DNA of 64,000 nucleotides from Chiloscyllium plagiosum (taxonomy: Eukaryota): positions 57,320,323 to 57,384,322 of the forward strand of contig NC_057725.1 of the NCBI RefSeq assembly GCF_004010195.1, in the 5' to 3' direction. The position numbers and the translations under genes are program-made. Below the pieces are notes generated by a model. That model ran no database searches and was not told the origin of the DNA. It saw nothing but the letters and a program-made list of their open reading frames with translations. Of this stretch, positions 37,801 through 51,165 are shown in pieces (within the stretch, counting starts at the first letter, position 1; each line of letters starts with the position of its first letter).

Positions 37801-38099
37801 TTTTTGTCAGCTGATTTATGTGGTGGAGCTGGGGAGGTATTGGACTGGGGGCTGTTCACACACATTGGGCTAAATTTTACATGGGGGAACTGGCCCTGCT
37901 CACAGGCTGGAAATTAGAAGCAGGTGTGTCTATGCCAGCCCCCCAAACCACTACCAGATCTCACAGTCATTGGTCAGCTAATGGCTTGAGGTAGTAATTT
38001 CCAGAAGAAAGAGTAAAGAGCTCACCTTCAAATCATTGGGCCAGAAGACCTCCAATCCCAGGAGCAACCAACGACAGCCTCCAGGTCACACTTGGGACT

Positions 38100-38322
38100 G
38101 CAGACTATCCCTGAGCAAAGTCACCATAGTCCCAGAGGGCAATACTCTCTTACTCGAAGCAGCCAACTGGTGGTGATTGAAGCTGAGGGAGGCACAGGGA
38201 GGCACAAAGTTGAGGAGGCAGGGACATCTGTAGTAACCTCAGCCAGTGCAGGAATTGAGCCCACGCTGTTGGTATCACTCCGTATTGCAAACCAGCTATC
38301 AAGCCAAACATGCTAACCAACC
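38100..38322 (-). mobile_element. tRNA-SINE family Y
   Basis: Reverse complement resembles 41672-41880 (GGTTGGTTAGC...CTGGTTTGCAAT...CCAACAGCGTGGGCTCAATTCC). Confidence 0.65.
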
Positions 38323-38334
38323 CCTGACACCAAA

Positions 38335-39405
38335 GTATGACTTCAGTGGGATGTGGTTTCAGTGGAATATGATTACAGTGGGGTGTGATTTCAATAGCAG
38401 GCTGTGATTTGAATGGGATATGATTTCAATGGGGTATGATTTCAGTCGTGGGGTGTGATTTCAATGGAGATGATTTCAATGGTGTTTGATTTCAGAGGGG
38501 TGTGATTTCATTGGGGTTTGACTTCAGTGGGGTGTGATTTCAATGGTGTGTGATTTCAGAATTGCGTGTGATTTCAGTAGTGGGGTGTGATTTCAGTGGG
38601 GTGTGATTTCAATGAGTATGGTTTCAGTAGTGGGGTGTGATTTTGGTGGGGTATGGTTTGAATGCGGTGTGATTTCAATGAGGTTTGATTTTAATGGCGT
38701 ATGATTTCAGTAATGNNNNNNNNNNNNNNNNNNNNNNNNNNNNNNNNNNNNNNNNNNNNNNNNNNNNNNNNNNNNNNNNNNNNNNNNNNNNNNNNNNNNN
38801 NNNNNNNNNNNNNNNNNNNNNNNNNNNNNNNNNNNNNNNNNNNNNNNNNNNNNNNNNNNNNNNNNNNNNNNNNNNNNNNNNNNNNNNNNNNNNNNNNNNN
38901 NNNNNNNNNNNNNNNNNNNNNNNNNNNNNNNNNNNNNNNNNNNNNNNNNNNNNNNNNNNNNNNNNNNNNNNNNNNNNNNNNNNNNNNNNNNNNNNNNNNN
39001 NNNNNNNNNNNNNNNNNNNNNNNNNNNNNNNNNNNNNNNNNNNNNNNNNNNNNNNNNNNNNNNNNNNNNNNNNNNNNNNNNNNNNNNNNNNNNNNNNNNN
39101 NNNNNTTTGAATGGTGTGATTTCAGTGGGATATGGTTTTAGTGGAATGTGATTTCAGTGGGATATGGTTTCAGTGGAATGTGATTTCAGTGGGGTATGGT
39201 TTCAGTGGGATGTGATTTCAGCGAGGTGTGATTTCAGTAGTGGAGTGTAATTTCTGTGGGGTATGGTTTCCATGGAGTGTGATTTCAGTGGGGTATAGTT
39301 TCAGTGGGACGTGATTTCAGTGGAGTATAGTTTCAGTGAGATGTGATTTCAGTGGGGTGTGATTCAGTTGTGTACGATTTCAGTTATGGGCTGTGATTCA
39401 GTGAG
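38335..39405. repeat. 16-bp minisatellite (consensus ~GTGATTTCAGTGGGGT)
   Basis: Tandem units on both sides of the N gap; alternating variants after the gap. Confidence 0.92.
38716..39105. other. Assembly gap (390 N)
   Basis: N run. Confidence 1.
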
Positions 39406-41671
39406 GTTGCTTTCTTGGGCCAGTTAGAAAGGCCACAGAAGATGGAGTGGTGAGAGGGAGGGAATGCTCAGGAGTCTTGGGGAAGAACAGTAGGGAGGTA
39501 CAGTTCTGGGGCAGGGATAACCATTTGCACTGGGGTGCGTGGGGCCCTCCAGAAGAGGGACTCATCATTACCTCTCCCCGAGGCTATAGCCAAGTCCCAG
39601 GGTTCATTTGGCTGTCACCCTGACACAGAGAAAATGCAAGCAGCGATGGGAGAAGACCACTCAATTGATCCCCGTGCAGGCGAGCTGTCCTCCACCTACC
39701 CCAGCACAGATACAACCATTTTCCCAACCAGCAGACTGCTCCTCCTGTGAATGGAGGGTGTTGGTAGCTTAAACCTCTAGCCATGAGTTCTGAGGATGGT
39801 TCCTCATATAATCAGCTAAAGGTAGAGTGCTATCTCTATGCCTGAAATATGACAGCAGGAATTCAACCATCAACTTCTAGGAGTACCACACCTTCCTCAT
39901 TCCACAAATAAACCTGGAGGTTAAAATAACTGCTGTTACGTCAGTTAAGAGTTCTACCAAAGAAATGGGAGTTAGTTGAATGTTTGGTGCAAACAGGAGC
40001 AAGATCTGAATCAGAGCAAATGGATTGAGCAATCAAATGTCGTGCGAAATCTTCATAAACTGCTTAATCCTATCATACATTACAATAGTGACTGCATCTC
40101 CATCAGAGTTTACTGTGCTCTTGTCGTAAAGGCACTCTTTAACAACTGGGGCTTGTTTCTGTAACTGACCATGCACATACAGTACCAGTGCAGCCAGGTC
40201 ATCCAGAGTCTGTTTATTGGTCTCATACAATTGGGAGAATATTCCTGAAAGGGACTAAAGTCCATGAGGAAATTATGCGTGAACTACGGAAGAACAGCCT
40301 TAATGGGCCGAATGACCGCTCCTTGTTCCACACCCGTTGTTTTACATCACTTCTTGCTCATATGGGTCTTTGTTATTGAGAGTCACTGAATAAATATGAA
40401 TCTGTGTTCTGCCTTCTCATCAACAAATGCTGGCTCCAGCCTTTCTGCACTAATTGGTAAAACCTGTCCCATGTTCATTTCTTCCTTCCGAAATCTTAAT
40501 TTCCCTGCCCTCAGCACCAACTTGGCACCTGCAGGCCATTTCCTCCTTTTGTTCAGGTGAACTGCAGCAGGCCTGTCGAGGTGGGGGCGGGCTACTTTTT
40601 CACTGTATTTTTGCAAAGGAACAGTGAGATTCTTATGGCCTTATCAGCAATTCAGTGCATTGGATGCATAAGATCTGGGTGTCAAGTTTTCCTGCGCCCA
40701 GAGTGGTGGTTGTTTGGGATGGAGGTTGGGGGGAGGGGGTGGAAGTAGTGTTTGTTTTGCCAGCTCTCCTCAAAATCTGAATCACTCTACACGTTTCTGC
40801 CCCTTATTTTTCCCTTTCCCTAGCCTGATACCACATGTGACAGGGAATGTCTAGGATCAGGAATTACTGATGCAAGTGTCAGAAACTGAGGTTATTGTCG
40901 TCTGGGGGAGGTCACATGGTAAAGGAAGTGATGGATGGTCCTATTCAGGACGATTTTGGAAACAATGGAGGCAAATTCTAATTCCATAATAGTTGTGGTG
41001 GAATCTGTGAAAACTGAGTTCAGTGACAATACATGAGGCAGATGGATCACGTCGGTTTAGCTGCGATTTTGTTTTTATTTGGTTCAGTTGCAAAACAGTG
41101 GAGATTAGTTTTGCTTTCCACTCCAGATTTTCCTTTAAAGTCAGTTCACAAATTCTCCAGCAGCAACAGAAGGATTTGAAGAGGCATTTTCCAAGCCTAT
41201 TGGGGGGATAAGGGTGTGGTAGCAGGGGTCTCACCCAGCAAGAGCTACTGACTGACCAAAGCACAGCAGGCTAAGCTCAGCAGCGCCACAGAGGAAGTTG
41301 TGGCTACTGGCAGAAGAGCACGCTAAGGGCCCCTAGAGTCGCTGAGAACGCACAAAAGAAGGAAGTGATTTGTGGAGCAAGGGTTGGGAGGTTACTCATG
41401 TTAGATGTCAAGAGGAGAAACTGGAGGGGTGCAGTGTGGGCAAAGAGATTGCTCCCAGCATGGGGAGGTGTTGGCATAGTGGTAATATCACCAGGCTATT
41501 AATCTAAAGATCCAGGTAATATTGTGAGGACTTGCGTACAAATCCCACTATGCTTGCAGATGGTGAAGTCTCAATTCAATAAAAATCTGGAATTAAGAGT
41601 CTAATGATGGCTATGAATCCATCTGTTTTAGTTTGGAAAAACCCATCTGGTTCACTAATGCCCTTCAGGGA

Positions 41672-41880
41672 GGTTGGTTTAGCTCAGATGGCTGGATGGT
41701 TGGTTTGTGAAGCAACATGATGCCAACAATGTGGGTTCAAATCCCATCACTGACAGAGGTTGCCATGTAGGACTCTTCTTCTCAACCTCTCCCCTTGCCT
41801 GAGGCATGGTGACCCTCAGGATAAATCACCACCAATCGTCTCTCTGATGAGATAGACAGCACTGTGGTCTGGTGGTATGT
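41672..41880 (+). mobile_element. tRNA-SINE family Y
   Basis: GGTTGGTTTAGCTCAGATGG (A box)...GGGTTCAAATCCC (B box). Confidence 0.72.
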
Positions 41881-42009
41881 CATGTTGAGTTTCTGTTTAA
41901 TATTAACCTTCAGGCCGATCTAGTGGGGGATTCAGTGATGGTAACTTGATTGAATATCAAGGGGAGGTGGCTAGATTGTTTCTTATTAAGGACGCCATGG
42001 CACATTGTT

Positions 42010-42226
42010 GTGTCACAGTGCCATGGTCCCAGGTTCAATTCCACCCTTGGGTTACTGTCTGTGTGGACTTTGCACATTCTTCCTGTGTCTGTGTGGGTTG
42101 CCTCCAACAGTCCAAAGATGTGCAGGCTAGGTGGATCAGCCATGATTAATTCAGGATTATGTGGGGATGGTTGGTGTGGACCCCAAGGGCCAAAAGGCCT
42201 GCTTCCACACTGTGGGATTCTATGAT
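42010..42226 (+). mobile_element. HE1-like V-SINE, partial
   Basis: CAGGTTCAATTCC, V-domain, tail GGCCTGCTTCCACACTGTGGGATTCTATG. Confidence 0.8.
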
Positions 42227-43404
42227 GAAGGCAACTACCATCCTTACCTAGTCTAGCCTACATGACTCCAGATCCACAGCAATGTGGTTGACTCTTAACA
42301 CTCATCTAGGCATTTAGGGATGGGCAATAAATGCTGGTCTCACCAACAATGCTCACATTCTTTGAACATTTTCATTAAAAAAAAAACAATATCCAGTCCA
42401 TCAATCAGGAACTTCACAAGAATTTAATTCTGATGGATTCAGGAAGGCAGTGGCCTTTGGGTATGACACCACCTCGCCTTTATATTGCCCTTCCTGCCTC
42501 CAAGTTCACCACTCCCTGTCACAGTAGACAATTCAAATGTCATTTGGAAGATCCTGACATAGGCCAACTGAGGGAGAGATGCCAAGCACTGGGCATGTTG
42601 AACTATCAATCGTTGCCAGGCAGGTAGCTTCCAAAGTATTTACCGCAGTATTTGGCATGCTCGGTGGTAGACAAGAATGCGTCAGGTCGTTCAGTCGACA
42701 TGCTAACTTCCAATTTTGCTGCTAGTCCTGTCTCCTAACCTGCATCCAGAGAAACTTGGCTCCTTCCGTTCTGCACATTTTAATGGAAATCAATCTCAGC
42801 CTTGCCCTCCAACCTTCCCACAAATCTCCTCTGTTAGAATTACCATCTTTCGGGTGAGACATTGTGTAGACAGCCCTCTAGCTCTTGCTCAGGTGGATGT
42901 GAAAGGTTACTTGTCATTATTCAAGAAAAGTCCTGAAATTTCAGGGAATCATTCACGTGTTCCTGAGTGACCAAGGGGCCCAGCAATTTCCCAACATCAG
43001 ATATGAAGCTAACTGGTTTTGAATTGTCTGGTCTCCCCCGCTCACCTTTCTTAAATTGCAAATGGAGTGTGCAATTTTCCAACCTAAATGGATGTTTTCA
43101 AATTGTGAGAACCTTGGAAGATTGTGGTAGGGCATTTGCAACATCAACCACAATTTCCTTCTGGGATAAAATCCATCTGGCACAGGAATTTTGGCATTAT
43201 TTTCTTAATTATTTTGCTTCCATTAAATTTGCTGAGGCCTTATTCCTGTTTCAGTAATACTTTTCATGACACATCAGCAAATTGATCTCTTCCTCCATTG
43301 TCAATTCCTCACCTTCTTTTCATTATTAACATATGGAGTTTTCAAGGGTTGCACATTGTATATGGCCACCCTCCTGTTATAATTGTTATTTTAGAGCGTT
43401 GATA

Positions 43405-45350
43405 TATCTAGGAGCAGGAGTAAGTCATTAACACCTTGAGCCCACTCTACCATTCCACGAGATCATGGCAGATCTCCTGAATGTCATTTTCCTGCATATC
43501 CTCCTGTCCCTTGATGCTGATAAAATATGGAGATGTATTGATCTCAATCTTGAACATACTCAACAACTGTCCTCCACAGCTCTCTGGGGCAGAGAATTTC
43601 AAAGGTTTGATGCCCTTTAAGTGAAGAAATTCCTCCTCCAGTCCGAAATGGCTTGACCCTTACTTTGGGTCAGTGTCCCCTGGTTCTTGACCCCACAACT
43701 AGATCCTTCCTGCACCTACCCTGGTGATACTCTAGACAGTATACACTCAGTTTATTTTATCCTTCCACACAGGATAATCCCTCCAGCCCAGAAGTTGCCC
43801 AGTTGAGCCTTTTTTCCATTCCCTCCAATGCAGTATACCTTTCCTCTGGGGTAAGGAGACCAAAATTGCACACAGTATAGCCAAGTTTGGTCTCTCTAAG
43901 ATTCCATATAATGTGATAAGATATGTTTGCCTCCATATTCAAGCCCTCGTGTAATTGAGGCCAACACAATATCAGAGAGTCATTGAGAGTCATAGAGATT
44001 TACAGCACGGAAACACACCCTTCCGTCCAACTCGTCAATACTGACTAGATATCCTAACCTATTCCAATCCCTTTTGCTAGCACTTGGCCCATATCCCTCT
44101 AAACCCTTCCTATTCATATACCCATCCAGATGCCTTTTAAATGCTGAACTTGTACCAGCCTCCACCACTTCCTCTGGCAGCTTATTCCATACACACACCA
44201 CCCTCTGCATGAAAAGTTGCCCCTTAGGTCCCTTTTATATCTTTCCCCTCTCACCGTAAACTTATGCCCTCTAGTTTTTGACTCCCCCCAGCCCAGGGTA
44301 AACCCTCTAGTTTTTGACTCCCCCCAGCCCAGGGTAAAAAAACCTTGCCTATTTATCTGATCCATGCGCCTCATGATTTTATAAACCTTTATAAGGTCAT
44401 ACCTCAGCCTCCAACGCTCCAGGAAAAACAGTCCCAGCCTGTTCAGCCTCTCCCTATCACTCAAATCCTTAAACCCTGGCAACATCCTTGTATGTCTTTT
44501 CTGAGTTTCACAACATCCTTCTGATAGTAAGGAGGCCAGAATTGCACACAATATTCTAACAGTGGCCTAACCAATATCCTGTACAGCCGCAACATGACCT
44601 CCCAATTCCTGTACTCAATACTCTGACCAATAAAGGAAAGCGTACCAAACGCCTTCTTCACTATCCTATCTACCTGCGACTCCACTTTCAAGAAACTATG
44701 AACCTGCACTCCAAGGTCTCTTTGTTCAGCAACACTCTCCATTTTGTGTATAAATCCTGATCTGATTTCCTTTCCAAAATGCAGCACCTCACATTTATCT
44801 AAATTAAACTCCTCAGCCCATTGGCCCAACTGATCAAGATCCCGTTGTACATTGAGGTAACCTTCTTTGCTGTCCACCACTTGTCCAATTCTGGTGTCAT
44901 CTGCAAACTTATCAGTCCTCTTAACTACATGTTAACTTTCAGAGACTCCAAGTGCACAAGGATGCTTTGAACCTTCTGACATTCAACACTTCCCAGCTGC
45001 TCACCACCAAAGAAATATGCTGTCTTTCTGTTATTTTTTACATACCAAAGTGGATAACCTCACACTTCTCCTAGCTGTATTCCTTTTGCCATGTTTTTTT
45101 TCCCACTCTTGTGACAATTTCCAAATCCCCTTGAAGCCTTTTGGAAGCCTCCTCACGACTGAGTCCCATTGAGCAGTGTGCCATCAGCAAATTTGGAAAT
45201 ATAACATGTAATTCTCATATTCAAATAATTTTGAACCATTGTGCATAGCCAAGGCCCAATCACCAATCCTTGTGGTACCCCACTAATCACAGCCTGCAGA
45301 GCTGTGAATTATTCCTGCTCCCTGTTTCCTGTCTGTTAACTACTTCTCAA
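43405..45350 (-). mobile_element. Old CR1 LINE (43405-43965 and 44915-45350) interrupted by a younger CR1
   Basis: 3'UTR TAGGAGCAGGAGTAAG; RT-region remnants CCATCAGCAAATTTGG and CCTTGTGGTACCCC (minus: KFADG, GVPQG). Confidence 0.65.
43976..44911 (-). mobile_element. CR1/HER1-like LINE, 5'-truncated
   Basis: Minus ORFs 44461-44880, 44114-44551 and 43980-44210 carry CR1 RT C-terminal motifs; KFADDT at ~44895-44911. Confidence 0.95.
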
Positions 45351-48300
45351 TTTCTAATGTAGATTTTGCTATCACTTGCAAATTCCATTTCATATTTCCC
45401 CACTTTGTACTTGTTTAGTCATCCATTCTTGTTCATTGTATCTTACCCATTCTGCAGATACTGTGCTTTTTATGTTTTTGTTTCATGTTTGTATGTTTTT
45501 GTTTTTATGTCACCTTTATTTTCTTTGTTGTTTGTGACTGTCTTCTTTTTTTAGCAGGTTGAGTTTTCGCTTCTTCGGATTCTGGATTCTGAAACCTGTT
45601 CACTTCTTTATTGAACACCCACTGATCATTTTGCCGATTAACAAATTTGTCCACTTGACAACAGAGAGTCTCTGGTTTACCCCATGGAAGTAAGCCATAT
45701 CTTGACTCAGAATCAAGAATTTACCTCTCTCCCCTCAGTCCCCTGGTATGCTTTTGCACTCTTCTATTGAGTGCCACCTTGTTCTGTAAGACCAGAGGGC
45801 AAGCATCAGTGACTGTGTAGCACAATGTTTAAAGGATTTGCCGGATAAATAGCTGGAGGTAGGGAATAGTGAGTCTGAGGCTAGCAACCTTGGGAGCATT
45901 ATGTGTGTGAATGAGAAACCACCTGGATGTTAGACATGTGTACTGATTGCCAGGGATTGCTGACAAGTGAATGATGGAGGTCTGGGAATTGGGAGAGGTG
46001 AGCGGGATGAGTCGAAGATGTCATCTGAAGACAAATTCATTGATCTTGACCACTGACATGATGTCATCGGGCTACAGTCAGATGGTTGAGGTGAGACCCC
46101 AGAAAGTAAACTTACTGGCCACCTGCATCCACCCCCTTCAAAGAGCGGGCTTTGAGAAACTCCTGGTACTTATGAATCCATTTCATCTCTTCTCCTCACC
46201 ACCTCCACCATTAATGCCTCCAGCGTATTACCTGTCACTCGGGAAGGGGTTCTCTGTCCTAATGCCACATTTTCTGTGTCTTAAACTGCAGCAACATTAA
46301 CCCTCAAGAAGACGAGTAGACCGCCTTTAAGTGCAGGAGGTTAGCTACACCACAACCTCTCAGTGGAACGTTGTTCAGAGCCTTGCTGACTAGATGGAGC
46401 TCACAGCATTCAGAAGCAGCCAGCAGTGCAGCAATGCTCTGCCCTACATTACGTTCATGGGGGCCACCCACCCTCCTCAATAGAACCAGAACGTGCAGAC
46501 CGTGAATCATAACCGCACACTTGAAACCGGGACAAGACCATTTTTAGCGCATTATCTAGCTATTAGTGCAAACCTGCTATGTACAAGTTGGATGCCATGG
46601 CTCCTACACTTCAACAAGTGACTACAATTCAAAAGTACTTTGTTGCTGTAAAGTTCAGTGGCGTACCCGTCAGTCATGAAAGGGGCTGTATAAATTGACT
46701 TTTCTTGCAAACCTTTCAGCTACACCCTGTTAAACAGGAGTAAATCCTTCAAGCCCTTTGTAGATATTAACTGATACAAAAATGTGCAGATAAAAACATC
46801 TTCCACACAGAAGGAAGCAGCTCGGCGTTCAGTCGCAGTGGGCTTCTTTTGGCTCTGTGGTTGTAGCTTCAAGTGAGCTGGAGAGAGCGCACAGTTGGTG
46901 CTTGCAGAACTGGCTGTAGAAGGGCCTGGGGTTTGTTCCAGTTTGCACGTGCTCTCCTCCTCTAAAGGTTTTCATGTGCTGGGGGAAGGGAAGCGACTGA
47001 ATGGGAGATTTTGATCTTAACTGAGATCACTCCCCAGGCTGCTTGTGGTCAGTGCAACATGTACGAACAGTGCTCTTTTTAAACCTGTTCTGCAAATGAT
47101 CCACGAAATGGGACAGGCCCAACACCTCATTAAAAAACTGAAATTAACCATAAAGTTCATTAAAAAGAATGTGCCCAGCATCATTATTAGTTAAATTAAC
47201 TCAAAGGCAAAATATTGATTATAATTACTTGTCACGACGGTTATACACAAGGATTAAGAGGTGGTGAGGTAGCACAACAGTTTTAACTAAGTTCTTTGAA
47301 CAAAGTGGGGCGTTGTGAACCCCATTGAGACAGGGGCATTGGAATTTCAGAATTATGTTCCAAAAAATAGTGAGAAATCTGCATGTGCGCTTAGGAAGCA
47401 GCGAAGACAGACAACAAATTTCTACAGAGCTCCTCCTGTTAAAGAAGACATCCTTATAAAAAGGAATAGGAAGGAATGATCAGAATTAGCTCAAGATATC
47501 TGCTCAGCCAGGAGATCTGAGTCAGATGTTTATCGGTTAATGCACCCTCTCCAGAGATTTGAACTCGCAATGTTAGACTGATGGAGCGTCAGAAATGTTA
47601 AGGGATGCTAAATTGAGGTCCCATTAACTGATCAGGTGAATGTAAATGATCCAACGGAATGATTCAAAGAAATAGAAGGAGTTAAAGCAATGCAACCCGG
47701 GGAGCTTTGGTTGAGTGCAGTCAGTATAAAAAAGTCTACAAGTGATCCTACTCCACACCGTAACCTCTTGTACCTTGCTTAACACCACATTCATCCATCT
47801 AACAGAATAATGGAGTAGGAAAGGTTTCTCTTTCACGACATTCCTCATGACTTGTGAGGAGCCATTACACAAGTGACCTGTTCTAGCTGTCTATGCAGGC
47901 TACTTTTAGTAGGACTCTGTGGCAGGAGGCCAGTCCTACTGTCTGACAGTTGGTACTGTAGACTGTTCCTTCAGATACAGGCAATGTTGCACAGGCTTTC
48001 ATCAGGGTCTGTTACTGAGTGACCTCTCTGATGTAATGGGTTTCTACAGTGAAACTCAGCAGGTCTAAAAAAAATCGACAACTGTTACCAGTTGTGTTTG
48101 TGTGAGGAAGGGGGCTGGGGAGAGGGGGCAGTGTTAGGAAAAAGGTGAGAAAAAACCAAAAATATTTCACGGCATAGTGACAGGGACCAATAAGCACGGC
48201 AGATTTTGTCTTACAAACATGTTGGAACTTGTGTTCCATGTTTCACTCCAGACCCACGAGGAGCTAATTAAAAAAATGAAACTGACAGGGAACAATTGAA

Positions 48301-48999
48301 TAAGTTCAGTGAACTCCACACTGACTTGAATGGTGTTGACTTTGTCCATGAAAGGCTGCTCTTAAGAACTCAAGGCCACTTCAGTTTCAACAGTGGCTTG
48401 ACTAATTGAAGAGTGCCCAGCTTTAAATTCCTCCAGACATTTGTGTGTTTTGTTTTTGAGTGATATTCCTGAGAAACACACTCTATTTTTGGCGGGGTAA
48501 GTTTCCCAGCTGGAAATCAGGCACGGGTGTTATTTGTGGGGATGTTTGTTTCATGTAGTGTTTTGACGGAAAGCGTTTTGGCTTCAGACAGGGCCTTGGG
48601 ACCTACAGCAGCTGTGCCATTGCTCACTAGACGCACAGGCTGCTGGTGTGCATGCCCGAGAGCAGGGGTATGCCAAGGAATTTCAATCTGAGCAAAGTGA
48701 AAGAATTCTAAGCAGGCTTCACTGGACCAGAGATTTGGCTGCCGTCAATCTCCAATCCACCGACTCAGCCTGAAAACCTTCTGCAAGACTGCAGTGACTG
48801 GCTGTGTTATGGCCATGCCCTTTCATAGCTGAGTGGTCTCTAACACTGATGCAGTGGAATTGGAACAGGACCCTTTCAAAAACAAATGTTCACCATGAGC
48901 AGTTTATATAGAAAGCAAGAAAGAAAGAGCTTGCATTTCTGTGACACCCTTCCTGATTTTAGGATACCCAAAGTACTTTACAACCAGTGCGCTATTTTT

Positions 49000-49325
49000 C
49001 AATTCATTCACGGGATGAGGCTGTCACTGGCTGGGCCAGCATTTACTGCCCAGAGGGCAGTTAAGCGTCCACCACATTATCATGGGTTTGTAGTCATGTG
49101 TCAGTTCAACCAGGTAGGGATAACAGTTTCCTTCCCTGGCTGAGTTTTCACACCAGTCGACAATGGATTTGTGGTCATCATTAGACTTGTAATTCCATGT
49201 CTTTTTTTCTTTTATTCAATTCAAATTCCATTACCTGCTATGGTGGGATTTGAATCCAGGTCCCAGAACATATCCTGGGTCTCTGGATTAACCATCCAGT
49301 GACGAGACCAGTAGGCCATCGCCGC
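49000..49325 (-). mobile_element. tRNA-SINE family X
   Basis: Reverse complement of the 41465-type head and of the GGGCAGTAAATGCTGGCCCAGCCAGTGAC tail. Confidence 0.75.
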
Positions 49326-49420
49326 CTTCCCCCACCCCACTTTATTTCTCAGATACATATAAAATGGACTCTATGTCCCTTTAATTATAGCAAGTGCCTT
49401 TAACACTATTTTTTCTACAG

Positions 49421-49580
49421 TTGAATTGAATTGAATTTATTGTCACGTGTACCGAGGCACAGTGAAAAGCTTTGTCTTGCGAGCAACACAGGCAGATCAC
49501 AGAGTTAAATAGCATAGATAAGTAAATAATAGGTAAACAGCGGCAAAAACAAAAACACAGGTATAGGTAAATGTTCTATT
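49421..49580 (-). mobile_element. Rex1/Babar-like 3' tail
   Basis: (TTGAA)3 TTTATTGTCACGTGTACCGAGGCACAGTGAAAAG; same tail as 31930-31980 and 56941-56985. Confidence 0.7.
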
Positions 49581-50125
49581 AAGTTTAAAGAGTGTAGAAC
49601 GATTGTAAGACATAGGAAACTTAGATCTGCATGCAGGAGCTTGCAAGGAGTTGACCATATCGGGCGCCATGTTGCAAAGGGGTTTGTTTACTTATAAATA
49701 GTCAAACCATGACCATACGTATTTTAGAGCTAATCTGTGCAGGCCAAGATCCCACAAGCAGTAATATAGTAAAGAACAGATAATCTCATTTTGCTGTTTG
49801 AAAACACTGATTACTAATTAAATACTAAGGAATCAATGGCATTAAGTCAATCTATATGCATTTTCTCATTGGGACATAAGATAAAACTGATATGTTGTGT
49901 TTTCAAGATCTGTGTCATATGCACACCACAAGTGAACTTACACTAAATAAAGCTTTTGTCAACATGGCAAATCCAGTAGTAAATTAATTCACCTCGTGAA
50001 TCACGGCTACAGAGCATCAGTTCACAATATGAGCTGTTCCTACAAACTAACAAATTTTTCTTGGTTGCACTTCCATCCACACCATCATTCTAATCAGATA
50101 TTCCATCCCTCAGACTATCCCTTTG

Positions 50126-50650
50126 CATAAGACCATAAGACATAGGAGCAGAAATTAGGACATTTGGCCCATTGAGTCTGCTCTGCCATTCAATCATGGC
50201 TGATACTTCTCTCAACCCCATTCTCCTGCCTTTTCTCCATAATCTTTGATCCATTTAACAATCAAGAACCCATCTATCTCAGTCTTAAATATACTCAATG
50301 AGCTGGCCTCCACAGCCTTCGGTGACAACGAATTCCATAGGCTTAAGATGTTTCTCCTTATCTCCATTCCAAAGAGTCTTCCCTCTACTCTAAGGCTGTG
50401 CCCTCAGGTCCTAGTCTCTCCCGCTAATGGAAACATCATCCAACATCCACTCCATCCAGGCCTTTCAATATTCTGTAAGTTTCAATTAGATTCCCCCATC
50501 CTTCTAAATTCCATCGAGTATAGTCCCAGAGTCTTCAAACGTTCCTCATATGTTCAGCCTTTCATTCCTGGGATAATTCTTGCGAACCTGCTCTGGACCT
50601 GCTCCAGGGCCAGTACATCCTTCCTGGGGCTCAAACTTGCTCACAATGCT
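50126..50650 (-). mobile_element. CR1 LINE 3' fragment
   Basis: CATAAGACCATAAGACATAGGAGC tail; homologous to 21628-22152. Confidence 0.9.
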
Positions 50651-51165
50651 GTAAAAGTGAATAAGAGGAAGCAAATACCACTCTGTAACTAGAAACCAAA
50701 AGGTGCGCTTGAGTTTTGAAGAGTCTAAACCATGGATCTTCCTTAATTTACCCTTCCCCTTTTGTCAGGGACCTCTCTTGTGTCTCTCCATTTCTTGAGG
50801 CTGAGAGTAAGGTCAGTGTCTTGCAATAAGACACTGGGAAACCTGAAGGTTGAATTTCAACCCTACCACTGATGCGCAGAGATTGTGCAGTGGGAGTTCA
50901 GTACAGGGCAGTGCCATTCTGACCAGAGCTCTTTCCTCAATATAATTTTTACAGCAGTATCACGGCCAGTATTACAGCCTAGGCAGGTCAGTGTCTCATT
51001 GGAATGTTAAAAATCACATTACATCATGGCCATGTAATGATAATTGAATTTGAATGCTGGGTCGCAAGGTTATGCACAGCACCAATCTCACACAGGGAAG
51101 TTGCTGCAGTGTAGCTTCAGAGCCACAACACTGACATTCTAGTTAATAGAATCAAACAGCACAGA

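Larger units (their letters stand above)
41465..42366 (+). mobile_element. tRNA-SINE family X, split by nested insertions (halves 41465-41671 and 42228-42366)
   Basis: The motif TTTAGGGAAGGAAA, intact in the 26650-27050 copy, is broken between CCCTTCAGGGA and AAGGCAACTACCATCC. Confidence 0.72.

Noticed and set aside
37987-37997. let-7/miR-98-like TGAGGTAGTAA
   Set aside because: Only 11 nt match, with no 3' continuation or precursor hairpin.
38685-39141. Two long poly-X ORFs
   Set aside because: Artefacts of the N gap.
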